A stretch of DNA of 57,812 bases from Candidatus Omnitrophota bacterium (lineage in GTDB: Bacteria > Omnitrophota > Gorgyraeia > 2-02-FULL-51-18): assembly GCA_945877765.1 (NCBI GenBank), contig CAMDWQ010000002.1, positions 80,464 to 138,275 of the forward strand, in the 5' to 3' direction. Each line of letters opens with the position of its first letter. The stretch's first letter is position 1. The notes beneath the pieces were generated by a model that was given only the letters and a program-made list of their open reading frames with translations, made no database searches and was not told where the DNA came from. This document shows positions 20,184 to 31,020 of the stretch, one piece after another. The translations under genes were made by a program, and so were the position numbers.

Positions 20184-20213
20184 GGCATCCGGCAGTAAGG
20201 TTACTGCGGAGGC

Positions 20214-20252
20214 ACCCGCCTTTCTTTACAAGGAAAGGTGGGTTTCTTTTTT
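20214..20252 (+). terminator. Intrinsic terminator between recA and recX
   Basis: ACCCGCCTTTC-loop-GAAAGGTGGGT followed by TTCTTTTTT; a second hairpin GCAGTA/TACTGC lies just upstream. Confidence 0.7.
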
Positions 20253-20264
20253 CCACTAGAAAAT

Positions 20265-20744
20265 ATGACTAAAACTGAGTTAGCACCTGAAGAAAAAGCA
20301 AAAAGTGATGCGCTGCGACTTTTGGCGGTCCGGCCGCGGAGTGTTGAAGAGCTGCGGAGCAGGTTGCGCCTTAAAAATCACCAAGAGGCGGCGATCGAGT
20401 CTGTGATCGAGCTTTTTAAGAAGCAGGGCCTTCTCGATGATGAAAAGTTTGCGCGTCTTTTTGCGGGATCAAAGACGCTGAGTAGGCCTGTAGGCCGCAA
20501 ACAACTTGAGAGCGACCTTAAGAAAAAAGGTGTTTCGGGGTCGGTTATCCGGGACACCCTATCGAATCTCGTCGATTACGATGAAAAGGCCGAGGCGCTT
20601 AAAATTGCGCGCAATCATTTTCGGCGCGTGAGCGGTCTTACGCCAGAAAAAAAGAAAGCCCGCGTGTTTGGTTTTTTGCAGAGACGCGGGTTTTCAAGCG
20701 ATACTATTTTTTTTGTGGTGGAAGAGCTGCTTAAGGAAGGTTGA
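20265..20744 (+). CDS. recX: Regulatory protein RecX
   Basis: ALRLLAVRPRSVEELRSRL, LLDDEKFA, FLQRRGFS; start reassigned to ATG 20265. Confidence 0.9.
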   Translation: MTKTELAPEEKAKSDALRLLAVRPRSVEELRSRLRLKNHQEAAIESVIELFKKQGLLDDEKFARLFAGSKTLSRPVGRKQLESDLKKKGVSGSVIRDTLSNLVDYDEKAEALKIARNHFRRVSGLTPEKKKARVFGFLQRRGFSSDTIFFVVEELLKEG

Positions 20745-20762
20745 TACAACTTGTTATCCCTG

Positions 20763-20925
20763 CGTCATCCCCGAGATCTTTAATCGGGGATCATACAGGT
20801 TTGATTCCCGATTAAAGATCTCGGGAATGACGTGGGGTGGATGTTCGGGGATCATGCAGGTTTGATTCCCGATAACAGCTTTCGGGAATGACGTGGGGTG
20901 GGCGTTCGGGAATGGGGTGGGGGTC
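20763..20925. repeat. CGTC-tagged REP doublet family B copy 1 plus decayed tandem copies
   Basis: CGTCATCCCCGAGATCTTTAATCGGGGATC-N10-GATTCCCGATTAAAGATCTCGGGAATGACG (20763-20832), then a ~61-nt-period repeat of the right arm plus GTGGGGTGG. Confidence 0.8.
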
Positions 20926-20936
20926 GGGAGATATTA

Positions 20937-23525
20937 ATGAAAGTTGATGAATTAAGGCAAACATATCTGGATTTTTTTAAATCCAAAGGCCATCAAGCGT
21001 TTGCCAGCGACTCGCTGGTGCCCGCTGATGACCCGTCACTTCTTTTTACGGGCGCGGGAATGAATCAGTTTAAACCGTATTTTCTTGGGCTAAAAAAAGA
21101 TGTGAAACGCGCCACTAGCTGCCAAAAGTGTCTACGCACCGCGGATCTTGACCGCGTGGGTAAAACCAATTATCACCATTCATTTTTTGAGATGCTGGGT
21201 AATTTTTCCTTCGGTGACTATTTCAAGGAAGAGGCGATTGCTTATGGTTGGGAATTTGTGACGAAAGTCATGAAAATCCCCACGGATAATCTCTGGGTCT
21301 CCGTGTACGAAGAGGATGATGAGGCGTTTGCCATTTGGAAAAATAAAATTGGAGTTCCCGAGGCGCGTATTGTACGTATGGGAGCCGAAGATAATTTTTG
21401 GCCGTCCAATGCACCCAAGGACGGGCCCAACGGTCCTTGCGGGCCGTGTTCGGAGATCTATGTTGGGAAGGTTCCTGGAAAAGGCGTCGAAATATGGAAT
21501 CTTGTGTTCACTCAGTTTGACCGCCAGAGCGATGGCTCGCTTTTGCCGCTGCCTCAAAAAAATATCGACACCGGCATGGGCTTGGAGCGCGCCGCATCGG
21601 TCTTGCAGGGAGTCGAGAGCAATTTTGATATAGATACGTTTAAGAAAATCCGCCAGGGTTTGCAGGCGTTGATGCGCCCCGGTTCTAGCACCGACCGCGC
21701 TCATGAAAATGCAACGATGGACCACGCGCGGGCCGCTATTTTTTCAATTGCCGACGGTGCACTTCCCTCCAATGAAGGACGAGGTTATGTGGTGCGTAAA
21801 TTGATTCGCTTGGGAAGCGATCATTTTGAAAAAGCGGGCACACCTTTGACGCCCAGGACTTTTTTTAAGTTGGCGCCGGTGATTGTTGGCGTATATGGCG
21901 CGGCGTATCCTGATATCCAGGACAGAGAAAAAACAATTTTATCGATATTGGAAAATGAAGAAAGAGCTTACGAGGATTCTTGTCGCCGTGCAGAAGGCGC
22001 TCGGCAGGGATCGATGTCGGTGGATGAATTCGCATTTATGCTCTACGATACTTATGGTTTGCCGGTGGATAAAATTAAGGACAAATTTTCAAGCGACGGC
22101 ATGGTATTTAACGAGGCTAAGTTTTCAGAGTATCTAAATCAGCAGAAGCAGAGATCTCGTCAATCAAGCAAACTGACGGGTGAAATTTTTACTAAAACCA
22201 ATTTGTATACTTTTATTGAGGGCGTGCCGCCGACAACGTTTTTGGGGTATGACGAGGCCGAGTGTGCGGATGCCGCTCTTTTGCGCATTATCAAAAATGA
22301 CGCGGTGGCCCCGGAGATTTCTCAGGACGAAGAAGGCATGCTTCTTTTTGATCGTTCAGTGTTTTATGCCGAATCGGGTGGGCAGATCGGTGACACAGGG
22401 CTGATCGAGGGACCTGGTTTTAGAGCAGAAGTTTTAGACACACAATATCTTGAGAAATGCATCGGGCACAAAGTGCGCGTGTTGTTGGGGAAAGCGGTTA
22501 TAGGGCAAAAGCTGGTTTTGAAGGTAGATGCTAAGCGGCGCGCGGATATCATGAAAAATCACACGGCAACGCATCTACTGCAAAGCGCTTTACGCAAAAC
22601 TTTAGGGGATCATGTGAAACAGAGCGGATCGCTGGTCAGCCAAGATTATTTGCGTTTTGATTTTACCCATTTTAGCGCTGTGGATGCCAAAGCGATGGCG
22701 GCTATTGAATTGTTGGTAAATGTCCAGATTCAAAAAAATATTACCCTGAGTAAGCGCGTGATGACCAAAGAGGGGGCTGTTCAGGAGGGCGCGATTGCTT
22801 TTTTTGGAGAAAAATATGGGGACCAGGTGCGGGTAGTGACTATCGGGGATTTTTCCAAGGAGCTTTGTGGCGGGACCCATTTAAACTCGACTGGAGAAAT
22901 TGGACTTTTCAAAATCGTCTCGGAGGGGTCTATTCAAGCCGGGGTGCGGCGCATTGAAGCGCTCACGGGGCGCGCGGCGATGGCACTAACTCAGGATCAG
23001 GATAATGAGATTGAGGCGCTTTCGCGGGAGTTTGGGGTCGATAATCAGGCGCTTCCCGCTGAGCTTAAGAAAACTCAGGAGCGAGTTTCTGCAGCCAGGA
23101 ATCGCCTGACGCAACTGGCGGCAGGGAGAATTAAATCTTTTTGGGACAAAACAGTGCTGACTCCTGCCTTGGGAGAGGTTGCGGTGCTTACTCAGCGCGT
23201 GGATGGGGCGGATGCCGAGCTTTTGAAACAGGCAGCCGAAAGCCTTAAAACTTCCCCTTTTTCCTATGCGGTCCTTTTGGCGTCTGGGGCACAAGATAAG
23301 ATTTCGATGGCAGTCGCGGCAAGCCCTGATTTGGTGCAAAAGGGTTTTCATTCCGGAAAAATAGTGAAGGAGATATCGGTGATGGTGGATGGCAACGGCG
23401 GCGGCAGGCCCGATTTCGCTATTGGCGGCGGGAAAAATGTTTTGAAAGCGGCGGAAGCCATCCAATGGGGTGAGCGGCAGATTCGGCGCGAAGTTGACGG
23501 TCTTTTATCGGGGACAAAATCATGA
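20937..23525 (+). CDS. alaS: Alanine--tRNA ligase
   Basis: LLFTGAGMNQFK, HHSFFEMLGNFSFGDYFK, DTGMGLER, HTATHLL, ELCGGTH, GGGRPDFA; start reassigned to ATG 20937. Confidence 0.98.
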   Translation: MKVDELRQTYLDFFKSKGHQAFASDSLVPADDPSLLFTGAGMNQFKPYFLGLKKDVKRATSCQKCLRTADLDRVGKTNYHHSFFEMLGNFSFGDYFKEEAIAYGWEFVTKVMKIPTDNLWVSVYEEDDEAFAIWKNKIGVPEARIVRMGAEDNFWPSNAPKDGPNGPCGPCSEIYVGKVPGKGVEIWNLVFTQFDRQSDGSLLPLPQKNIDTGMGLERAASVLQGVESNFDIDTFKKIRQGLQALMRPGSSTDRAHENATMDHARAAIFSIADGALPSNEGRGYVVRKLIRLGSDHFEKAGTPLTPRTFFKLAPVIVGVYGAAYPDIQDREKTILSILENEERAYEDSCRRAEGARQGSMSVDEFAFMLYDTYGLPVDKIKDKFSSDGMVFNEAKFSEYLNQQKQRSRQSSKLTGEIFTKTNLYTFIEGVPPTTFLGYDEAECADAALLRIIKNDAVAPEISQDEEGMLLFDRSVFYAESGGQIGDTGLIEGPGFRAEVLDTQYLEKCIGHKVRVLLGKAVIGQKLVLKVDAKRRADIMKNHTATHLLQSALRKTLGDHVKQSGSLVSQDYLRFDFTHFSAVDAKAMAAIELLVNVQIQKNITLSKRVMTKEGAVQEGAIAFFGEKYGDQVRVVTIGDFSKELCGGTHLNSTGEIGLFKIVSEGSIQAGVRRIEALTGRAAMALTQDQDNEIEALSREFGVDNQALPAELKKTQERVSAARNRLTQLAAGRIKSFWDKTVLTPALGEVAVLTQRVDGADAELLKQAAESLKTSPFSYAVLLASGAQDKISMAVAASPDLVQKGFHSGKIVKEISVMVDGNGGGRPDFAIGGGKNVLKAAEAIQWGERQIRREVDGLLSGTKS

Positions 23526-24757
23526 TTGTCGTCAAACCCTCAAGCAAGAAATTTCTCAAACTTTTTAATCGTTTTTCCAACCGCAACCGACGTGTTGAGG
23601 AAAAGGTTCGGCGCATTTTAGAAGATGTTAAAAACAACGGAGATGAGGCGGTGTTGCGCTACACTCGTAAGTTTGACCGCGTCAAATTGACAGCGCGCGA
23701 ATTGCAGGTTGCGGAGAGCGAGGTCAATGGCGCCTATCAGAATATCAGCCCGGATTTTGTGGCCATTTTGAAAGTGGCGCTGGAAAATGTCAGCCGATTT
23801 TACAAAAAACAGACGCACCGCTCATGGAAAATGACCGGTGATGATGGTGTGATTCTGGGAGAAAAGATCCGCCCCTTGGAATCGGTTGGGATTTATGTGC
23901 CGGCGGGTACGGCGCCTCTGCCATCCACGGTCTACATGACCGTGCTTCCGGCAAAACTTGCGGGCGTGGAAAAAATATATCTGATTACACCGCCAAATAA
24001 GTTCAAGAGCATTGATCCCCACATTTTAGTAGTGGCGAACCTTTTGAAAGTGGACGGTATTTTTAAAGCAGGGGGAGCGCAGGCGATAGGCGCTTTTGCG
24101 TTTGGCACCAAAACGATTCCGCGCGTTGACAAAATCATCGGTCCCGGCAATGCCTACGTGGCAGAGGCCAAGCGGCAGGTTTTTGGCTATTGCGATATTG
24201 ATATGGTGGCAGGCCCCACGGAAGTGGTGATTCTTGCCAATGATCACGCGGATCCTGATTTTGTGACGGCAGATCTTTTGGCGCAAGCCGAGCATCATAT
24301 GGGAACATCGATTTTAGTTACCACTTCCAAGCGCTTAGAAAAAATTATTAAGAAAGTGCCGGCGAAGGGTTTTATTGTTCGTGTCAAAAATTTAAAGCAA
24401 GGGGTGGAGGTCATTAATCAGATCGCGCCAGAGCATGTCCAGGTCATGGTTAAAAACCCACAACGCATTGTTAAGGACATTAAACATGCGGGGGCTATTT
24501 TTGTCGGTGCTTATACACCGGCAGCTGTGGGTGATTACGTGGCGGGCCCGAGTCATGTGCTGCCTACTAGCGGCACCGCGCGTTTCTTTTCTGGGTTGTC
24601 GGTGCATGATTTTACAAAAAGCTCTCACATTGTTTCTTATAGCCGTAAGGCGCTTGAGAAGGTCCGGTGTGCGGCGGAGCACCTGGCAACGCTAGAGGGT
24701 TTGACCAAGCATATGGAATCCGTCAAAATCCGTTTTGAAAAAGGACCCAAAACCTGA
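23522..24757 (+). CDS. hisD: Histidinol dehydrogenase
   Basis: VGIYVPAG, DKIIGPGNAYV, IDMVAGPTE, APEH, GDYVAGPSHVLPT. Confidence 0.96.
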   Translation: MIVVKPSSKKFLKLFNRFSNRNRRVEEKVRRILEDVKNNGDEAVLRYTRKFDRVKLTARELQVAESEVNGAYQNISPDFVAILKVALENVSRFYKKQTHRSWKMTGDDGVILGEKIRPLESVGIYVPAGTAPLPSTVYMTVLPAKLAGVEKIYLITPPNKFKSIDPHILVVANLLKVDGIFKAGGAQAIGAFAFGTKTIPRVDKIIGPGNAYVAEAKRQVFGYCDIDMVAGPTEVVILANDHADPDFVTADLLAQAEHHMGTSILVTTSKRLEKIIKKVPAKGFIVRVKNLKQGVEVINQIAPEHVQVMVKNPQRIVKDIKHAGAIFVGAYTPAAVGDYVAGPSHVLPTSGTARFFSGLSVHDFTKSSHIVSYSRKALEKVRCAAEHLATLEGLTKHMESVKIRFEKGPKT

Positions 24758-24759
24758 CG

Positions 24760-25389
24760 ATGAAAAAACGCATAAGTCTTATTGAACGAAAAACCAAGGA
24801 AACTGATATTCGTATCCGCCTCAATGTGGACGGCACCGGCAAATCTAAAGTCAGCACGGGGATTGCTTTCCTGGACCACATGATTGAAAGTTTTTCAAAG
24901 CATGGTCTTTTTGATATTGAGCTAAAAGCAAAAGGTGATTTGCATGTCGATTCTCACCACACCAACGAAGATGTAGGAATTGCGCTGGGAGAGGCATTTA
25001 AAAAGGCGCTGGGTGATAAAAAAGCGATTCGTCGGTTTGCTGATTTTCGGGCGCCTTTGGATGAGTCGCTCTCAGGTGTTCGTTTGAGTTTGGACCTGTC
25101 GGGCCGGGGTTCCTGCCATTTCCATACCAATGTTAAAACCAAATGGGTGGACCACCCATCTCTTCGTGCCAGCGACGTGGTGAAGGGCTACAGCTTTTTG
25201 GATATGAGGCACTTTTTAGAATCTTTTTCCACTCACCTGGGAATGACGCTGCATGTTGATTTTGTGGCGGGGGAGCAGCCGCACCATGTCATCGAAGCGA
25301 CGTTTAAGGCGCTGGCAAAGGCTTTGGATTGGGCTACTTCCTATGATAACCGCGTGAAAGGAGTGCCTTCCACTAAAGGCAAGCTCTGA
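24760..25389 (+). CDS. hisB: Imidazoleglycerol-phosphate dehydratase
   Basis: RKTKETDI, FLDHM, DSHHTNEDVG, HHVIEA, VPSTKG. Confidence 0.96.
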   Translation: MKKRISLIERKTKETDIRIRLNVDGTGKSKVSTGIAFLDHMIESFSKHGLFDIELKAKGDLHVDSHHTNEDVGIALGEAFKKALGDKKAIRRFADFRAPLDESLSGVRLSLDLSGRGSCHFHTNVKTKWVDHPSLRASDVVKGYSFLDMRHFLESFSTHLGMTLHVDFVAGEQPHHVIEATFKALAKALDWATSYDNRVKGVPSTKGKL

Positions 25390-25391
25390 TC

Positions 25392-26009
25392 GTGGCTGGA
25401 ATTGTTTTGGTGGACTATGGGATGGGTAACCTTCGGAGTGTGGAGAAGGCTTTTGAAGTTTCTGGTCAGAAGCCAAAAATTTCTTCAGACCCGCGCGAAA
25501 TTGAAAAAGCCTCCAAGATTGTCCTTCCTGGCGTAGGCGCTTTTAGCCACGCGATGATTGAATTAAAAAAAAGAAAGCTGGTAGAGCCTATCCGTGAAAA
25601 AATTCAAAGCGGGACACCCTACCTGGGTTTGTGTTTGGGTCTTCAGCTTTTGTTTGAGCGAAGCCAGGAGAGCAGCCGCCTAAAAGGGTTGGGTATCATC
25701 GAGGGGGAAGTCCGGCGTTTTTCCCACCAATTAAAAGTGCCACACATGGGGTGGAATACGTTAGAAATTTCCCAAAAAAAATGCCCTCTGTTTAAAGGCA
25801 TTTCAAAAGAGGCCTATTTTTATTTTGTGCATTCGTATTATGGTGTGCCTGAGGATAAATCCTGGATCTTAAGTCGTACCGAATATGGCGTCAAATTTTG
25901 TTCGTCCATCTGGAAGGGCAATGTGTTCGCTACTCAATTTCATCCGGAAAAAAGTCAGGCGCAGGGGATCCAAATGATCAAGAATTTTATTGGCTATGAA
26001 AAAAATTAG
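25392..26009 (+). CDS. hisH: Imidazole glycerol phosphate synthase glutaminase subunit
   Basis: DYGMGNLRSV, LPGVGAF, GLCLGLQ, VPHMGWN, QFHPEKS. Confidence 0.96.
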   Translation: MAGIVLVDYGMGNLRSVEKAFEVSGQKPKISSDPREIEKASKIVLPGVGAFSHAMIELKKRKLVEPIREKIQSGTPYLGLCLGLQLLFERSQESSRLKGLGIIEGEVRRFSHQLKVPHMGWNTLEISQKKCPLFKGISKEAYFYFVHSYYGVPEDKSWILSRTEYGVKFCSSIWKGNVFATQFHPEKSQAQGIQMIKNFIGYEKN

Positions 26010-26012
26010 CAT

Positions 26013-26089
26013 CGTCATTCTGAGTAAGCGTAGCGAACGAAGAATCTGTCCGCACGACCTTCAGATCCTTCGCTTCGCTCAGGATGACG
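26013..26089. repeat. CGTC-tagged REP doublet, family A copy 2
   Basis: CGTCATTCTGAG...CGAAGAATCTG...CAGATCCTTCGCTTCGCTCAGGATGACG, filling the hisH-hisA gap. Confidence 0.8.
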
Positions 26090-26093
26090 GCTC

Positions 26094-26825
26094 ATGATCC
26101 CGATTCCGGCTATTGATCTAAAAGACGGCAAAGTGGTGCGTTTGCTTCAGGGAAATTTTAAGGAAGAGAAGGTTTATCAGGTAAAGGCTCAGGAGGTTGC
26201 GCGGGGCTATCAGGAGGCGGGGGCTCAGAGAATTCACGTCGTAGATTTGGACGGGGCGCTTAAAGGCGTGCCGGCGAATCAAGGAAGCATTGAAAGTATT
26301 TTGGGCGCTGTCAAAATCCCCTTGGAGGTCGGCGGCGGTATCCGGGATTTAAAAACAGTACAGCGGTATCTTGACTTAGGAATTCGCTGGGTAATTTTAG
26401 GGACCAAAGCTTGTCTCGACCGCGGGTTCATGGAAGAGGCTGCCAAAGAGTTTGGAAGCCGGGTTATTGTGGGAATGGACGCTCTGGGAGGAATGATTGC
26501 TACAGACGGCTGGACTCAAATTACCCGCATCAAGGCGGTTGATTTAGCCAAAGATTTTGAAAAATTTGGCGGACGCACCATTATTTACACCGATATCGCC
26601 AAGGACGGAGCTCTTAAAGGTCCCAATTTAAAGGAAATAAGCTCGATGTGCGAGGCCGTGAAGCTTGAAGTCATCGCCTCTGGCGGTGTGAGCTCGCTCA
26701 AAGACCTTGCTGACCTGACGAAACTGGCGAAGGCTAATTTGTCGGGAGTGGTGATTGGAAAAGCGCTGTATGAAAATAATTTTTCTCTCGAAGAGGCGGT
26801 TAAAACATGCTTGCAAAACGCGTAA
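26094..26825 (+). CDS. hisA: ProFAR isomerase
   Basis: [41 protein letters not shown]. Confidence 0.96.
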   Translation: MIPIPAIDLKDGKVVRLLQGNFKEEKVYQVKAQEVARGYQEAGAQRIHVVDLDGALKGVPANQGSIESILGAVKIPLEVGGGIRDLKTVQRYLDLGIRWVILGTKACLDRGFMEEAAKEFGSRVIVGMDALGGMIATDGWTQITRIKAVDLAKDFEKFGGRTIIYTDIAKDGALKGPNLKEISSMCEAVKLEVIASGGVSSLKDLADLTKLAKANLSGVVIGKALYENNFSLEEAVKTCLQNA

Positions 26826-27571
26826 TTCCTTGCTTAGATGTTAAAGAAGGCCGCGTGGTCAAAGGCACAAAATTTTTAGGTTTGCGTGATGCGGGCGATC
26901 CGGTAGAGTGCGCCATTTATTATGATAAGCATGGCGCGGATGAGCTTGTTTTTTTGGATATTACGGCTTCGCATGAGAAGCGGGGAATTCTATTGGACGT
27001 GGTGCGGCGCACGGCGGAAAAAGTGTTCATGCCGCTCACCGTCGGCGGCGGGATCAGCACGGTTGAAGATATCCGCAATCTGTTGAATGCGGGCGCCGAT
27101 AAAATATCCATTAATACAGCGGCGGTGAAGAACCCCAATTTTGTAAAGAAGGCTTCGGCGCGGTTTGGTGCCCAGTGCATCGTTGTAGCGGTCGACGCGC
27201 GGCGTGTGCCAGGCAAAAAGAATCGCTGGGAAGTTTATACGCATGGTGGCCGGGAAAAAACGGGGCTGGATGTGGTCTCTTGGGTTAAAAGAGTTGAGAA
27301 GTTGGGGGCCGGCGAGATTCTTTTGACGAGCATGGATCGCGATGGCACGCGAATTGGGTATGACTTGGAGTTGACGAGGGCTGTTTCGCAGGCCACCTAC
27401 ATTCCCGTTATCGCCTCTGGCGGTGTTGGAGAGTTGAGGCATCTAGCTGACGGGCTCACTCGCGGGAAAGCGGATGCGGTGCTGGCGGCAAGTATATTTC
27501 ATTTTAAACAACACACCATTGGGGAAGCTAAAAAATTTCTACAAAAAGAAGGGATTTTGGTGAGACTATGA
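26807..27571 (+). CDS. hisF: Imidazole glycerol phosphate synthase cyclase subunit
   Basis: [40 protein letters not shown]. Confidence 0.97.
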   Translation: MLAKRVIPCLDVKEGRVVKGTKFLGLRDAGDPVECAIYYDKHGADELVFLDITASHEKRGILLDVVRRTAEKVFMPLTVGGGISTVEDIRNLLNAGADKISINTAAVKNPNFVKKASARFGAQCIVVAVDARRVPGKKNRWEVYTHGGREKTGLDVVSWVKRVEKLGAGEILLTSMDRDGTRIGYDLELTRAVSQATYIPVIASGGVGELRHLADGLTRGKADAVLAASIFHFKQHTIGEAKKFLQKEGILVRL

Positions 27572-27969
27572 GCATGAATGTTGATTTTGAAAAAATTATG
27601 TCACAGATTAAATTTGATGCAAACACGGGGTTGATTCCCGCGATCATTCAAGATGAGAAATCCAAGCAGGTGTTGACGCTTTGCTACATGAATGACATCG
27701 CCCTCAAAGCGACACTTGAAAATGGATTTATTTATCTTTTTCGCCGGTCGCAGAATAAGCTGATGAAAAAGGGTGAGACATCAGGACACACGCAGGCGGT
27801 CAAAGAGTTTCGTGTGGACTGCGAGGGAAAATCCCTTCTTTTTGTTATTGAGCAAAAAGTAGCCGGCTGCCACAAGGGTTTTTTTAGCTGCTATTTTGAT
27901 AAAATTAAAACTGACGGTTCACGCCAGACAACGGATCCGCTTGTTTTTGATCCTGCGAAAGTCTACTAG
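27568..27969 (+). CDS. hisI: Phosphoribosyl-AMP cyclohydrolase (monofunctional)
   Basis: [31 protein letters not shown]. Confidence 0.88.
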   Translation: MSMNVDFEKIMSQIKFDANTGLIPAIIQDEKSKQVLTLCYMNDIALKATLENGFIYLFRRSQNKLMKKGETSGHTQAVKEFRVDCEGKSLLFVIEQKVAGCHKGFFSCYFDKIKTDGSRQTTDPLVFDPAKVY

Positions 27970-29420
27970 TGTCCGAGCTCTACACCCCATCACGTAAAGA
28001 CTTTTTAGCACTGTCTAAAAAGTATAATCTGATACCAGTTTGCCGGGAGATTTTGGCGGATTTAGAGACGCCGGTTTCTTGTTTTCTTAAGTTGGGGAAT
28101 CGTCCCTACAGCTATCTTCTGGAATCGGTTGAGGGTGGAGAAAAAATGGCGCGCTATTCATTTATTGGCGCAACCTCCTCTAAAATATTAAAAAATCATG
28201 GAGGCCAAGACCCTCTCAAGAGTCTTGAGGAATTGTTGAAGCAATACCGCGAGGCGCCCGTTGCGGGCTTACCGCCTTTTTCGGGCGGTGCGGTCGGTTA
28301 TCTTAGTTATGACACGGTTCGCCATATTGAAAATATTCCTGATAAGAATCCGGATGTTTATGGTATCCCAGAATCTGTCTTCATGATTTCTGATACGGTG
28401 CTGGCTTTTGACCACATCCAAAAGAAGATTAAAGTGGTTTGCAATGCTTTCTTGGACGGCTCCAAAAATCCCGAGGCCATTTATGATGAGGCGGTCCAAA
28501 AAATTGAGCTTGAGATAAGCCGTTTGCGTACGCCGCTTTCTTCAAAGAACCTCTCTTTTGAGCCGCAACCGGGCAAGAAAATTAATTTTGAGTCCAATTT
28601 TACGGAAGCCGAATTTAAAAAGGTGGTGCTTCGAGCTAAAGAACATATCAAGAGGGGCGATATTTTTCAGGTGGTGCTTTCTCAGTCCTTCAAAACCCCC
28701 ATTCATTCGGAGCCTTTTGCAATTTACCGAGCCCTGCGGTCGATCAATCCATCACCCTATATGTTTTATTTAAATTGCGGCGATTTTCAGCTGGTTGGTT
28801 CATCGCCAGAGGTTCATGTGCGCTGTGAAGAGGGTAAGGTGCTATTGCGTCCGATTGCCGGGACGCGCCGCCGCGGCATCAATGAGAAAAAAGATTTGGC
28901 TCTGGAAAAAGAGCTTTTGGCCGATACTAAAGAACGTGCCGAGCACTTAATGCTCGTGGATCTGGGGCGCAACGATTTAGGGCGTGTGTGCCAATATAAA
29001 AGCGTACGCGTGCCTGAATTTATGGTGATTGAGCGTTATTCTCATGTCATGCACATTGTCAGTCTTGTTGAAGGGCTTCTTAGAAAAGGGAAGACCGTTT
29101 TTGATCTTTTGCGCGCGACTTTCCCCGCAGGCACTATTTCAGGTTCCCCCAAAGTGCGAGCGATGGAAATCATCGACACTCTCGAAAACCAAAAACGCGG
29201 ATTCTATTCGGGAGTGGTGGGCTATTTTAGTTTTTCAGGAAATCTTGACTCGTGCATCACTATTCGCACCATCCTGGTCAAAGAGGGAATGGCCTACGTC
29301 CAGGCGGGTGCCGGCGTTGTGGCGGATTCCAACCCTAAAAAGGAATATGAGGAAACGCTGAACAAAGCCCGCGCGCTTTTAAAGGCTATCGAGTTTGCGG
29401 AAGGCAGCGTGTCGGCATGA
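27969..29420 (+). CDS. trpE: Anthranilate synthase component I
   Basis: [65 protein letters not shown]. Confidence 0.95.
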   Translation: MSELYTPSRKDFLALSKKYNLIPVCREILADLETPVSCFLKLGNRPYSYLLESVEGGEKMARYSFIGATSSKILKNHGGQDPLKSLEELLKQYREAPVAGLPPFSGGAVGYLSYDTVRHIENIPDKNPDVYGIPESVFMISDTVLAFDHIQKKIKVVCNAFLDGSKNPEAIYDEAVQKIELEISRLRTPLSSKNLSFEPQPGKKINFESNFTEAEFKKVVLRAKEHIKRGDIFQVVLSQSFKTPIHSEPFAIYRALRSINPSPYMFYLNCGDFQLVGSSPEVHVRCEEGKVLLRPIAGTRRRGINEKKDLALEKELLADTKERAEHLMLVDLGRNDLGRVCQYKSVRVPEFMVIERYSHVMHIVSLVEGLLRKGKTVFDLLRATFPAGTISGSPKVRAMEIIDTLENQKRGFYSGVVGYFSFSGNLDSCITIRTILVKEGMAYVQAGAGVVADSNPKKEYEETLNKARALLKAIEFAEGSVSA

Positions 29421-29989
29421 TTTTGGTCATCGATAATTATGACTCTTTTACTTATAACCTTGTTCAGTATTTAGGGGAGATGGGGCAGGAGCTTAAAGTT
29501 TACCGTAACGATGCGATTGATATCCCCAAGATCAAAAAAATGAAACCTCGCCAGATTGTGATTTCTCCTGGGCCGGGCAATCCGCAGGAAGCGGGTATCT
29601 CCATGGCCGTTATCCGAGAATTGGGGCCTGCAATTCCTGTGCTGGGAGTGTGTTTGGGCCACCAGTGTATCGGGGAAGTTTTTGGCGGTAAGGTGGTGGG
29701 TGCCGCGCGGCTCATGCATGGGAAGACGTCTCCCATCCTGCACGATGGTAAGGGTCTTTTTAAGGGATTGGATAATCCTTTCGTGGCGACGCGCTATCAT
29801 TCGCTTTTGGTAGAAAGAAAGTCATTCCCCAAGGAACTTCTGATAACTGCCCAGACAAAAGAAAAAGAAATCATGGGTCTTGAGCATAAAAAATTCCCTA
29901 TCTACGGTGTCCAGTTTCACCCGGAATCCATACTGACCCAAGGCGGAAAAGAAATCTTAAAAAATTTCCTCGCCCTGGCTCGCCGCTAG
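29417..29989 (+). CDS. trpG: Anthranilate synthase component II
   Basis: [34 protein letters not shown]. Confidence 0.95.
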   Translation: MILVIDNYDSFTYNLVQYLGEMGQELKVYRNDAIDIPKIKKMKPRQIVISPGPGNPQEAGISMAVIRELGPAIPVLGVCLGHQCIGEVFGGKVVGAARLMHGKTSPILHDGKGLFKGLDNPFVATRYHSLLVERKSFPKELLITAQTKEKEIMGLEHKKFPIYGVQFHPESILTQGGKEILKNFLALARR

Positions 29990-31020
29990 TGGCCATGAAT
30001 CTTACCGGGCATCTTTCCCAGTTAAAAAACGGCCAGTCTCTTTCTTCGGACCAGATGCAGGAGGCGATGAATATCATCATGTCTGGCGGCGCTGGGACCG
30101 CTGATATCGAAGAGTTTCTTCTGTCATTACGCAAAAAAGGCGAGTCGGTTGATGAGATCACCTCTGCTGTCCGCGTCATGCGCCAGCATGCCGTCAAACT
30201 CTCAAAAGCCTATCCCAATCTTTTAGATACCTGCGGCACTGGCGGGGACGCAAAAAACACACTGAATATTTCAACGCTTTCGGCACTGGTTGCTTGCGCC
30301 GCGGGAGCGCGGGTAGCCAAGCATGGCAATCGCTCGGTCTCAAGCGTTTGCGGCAGCGCCGATCTCTTGGAAATGCTGGGAGTCAAAATCAGCCTGGACT
30401 CGGCAGGCGTTGAGCGTTGTATTGAGACGGTTGGATTCGGTTTCTTTTTCGCACCTAATTTTCATCCCGCCACGAAGGCGGCGATGCCTGCACGTAAAAA
30501 CATTCAGGGCAAAACTCTTTTTAATCTCTTGGGACCCCTTACGAATCCAGCGGGTGCGGATTTTCAGCTCATTGGTGTTTATAGCAAACCGCTGGTTCGT
30601 GTTTTTGCCGAGGTTTTGAGTAGACTCGGATCTAAACGGGCCTTGGTGGTTCATGGGCTTGACGGTCTAGACGAAATAAGCCTATCAGGGCCAAGCTGTG
30701 TGGCAGAGCTGTATGAGGGGAGTATCCGCGAGTACCAAATCGAGCCTCGAGATTTTGGTCTGCTTCCTGTCGTGCCGGAAGCGTTTGTCTGCCAGCACAA
30801 GGAAGAAAACCGGCAAAAAGCACTGAAAGTTCTCGAGGGTGTACCAGGGCCTGGGACAGACGTGGTTTGTATGAATGCGGCGGCAGCCCTGTACGTTTGT
30901 GGCAACGCGCCCTCACTGAAAGAAGGTTTTCTCATGGCGCAGAAAACAGTTCATTCTCACCAAGCGATGGACAAGCTGGATCATTTGATTGAATGCTCAA
31001 ACGATGAGGAAGCAGAATGA
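29989..31020 (+). CDS. trpD: Anthranilate phosphoribosyltransferase
   Basis: DTCGTGGD, NIST, KHGNRSVSSVCGSAD, GLDEIS. Confidence 0.96.
   Translation: MAMNLTGHLSQLKNGQSLSSDQMQEAMNIIMSGGAGTADIEEFLLSLRKKGESVDEITSAVRVMRQHAVKLSKAYPNLLDTCGTGGDAKNTLNISTLSALVACAAGARVAKHGNRSVSSVCGSADLLEMLGVKISLDSAGVERCIETVGFGFFFAPNFHPATKAAMPARKNIQGKTLFNLLGPLTNPAGADFQLIGVYSKPLVRVFAEVLSRLGSKRALVVHGLDGLDEISLSGPSCVAELYEGSIREYQIEPRDFGLLPVVPEAFVCQHKEENRQKALKVLEGVPGPGTDVVCMNAAAALYVCGNAPSLKEGFLMAQKTVHSHQAMDKLDHLIECSNDEEAE

Noticed and set aside
20763-20925. Repeat-spacer pattern resembling a CRISPR array
   Set aside because: Only 2-3 degenerate units, spacers are near-identical rather than unique, no cas genes; explained as REP-derived.
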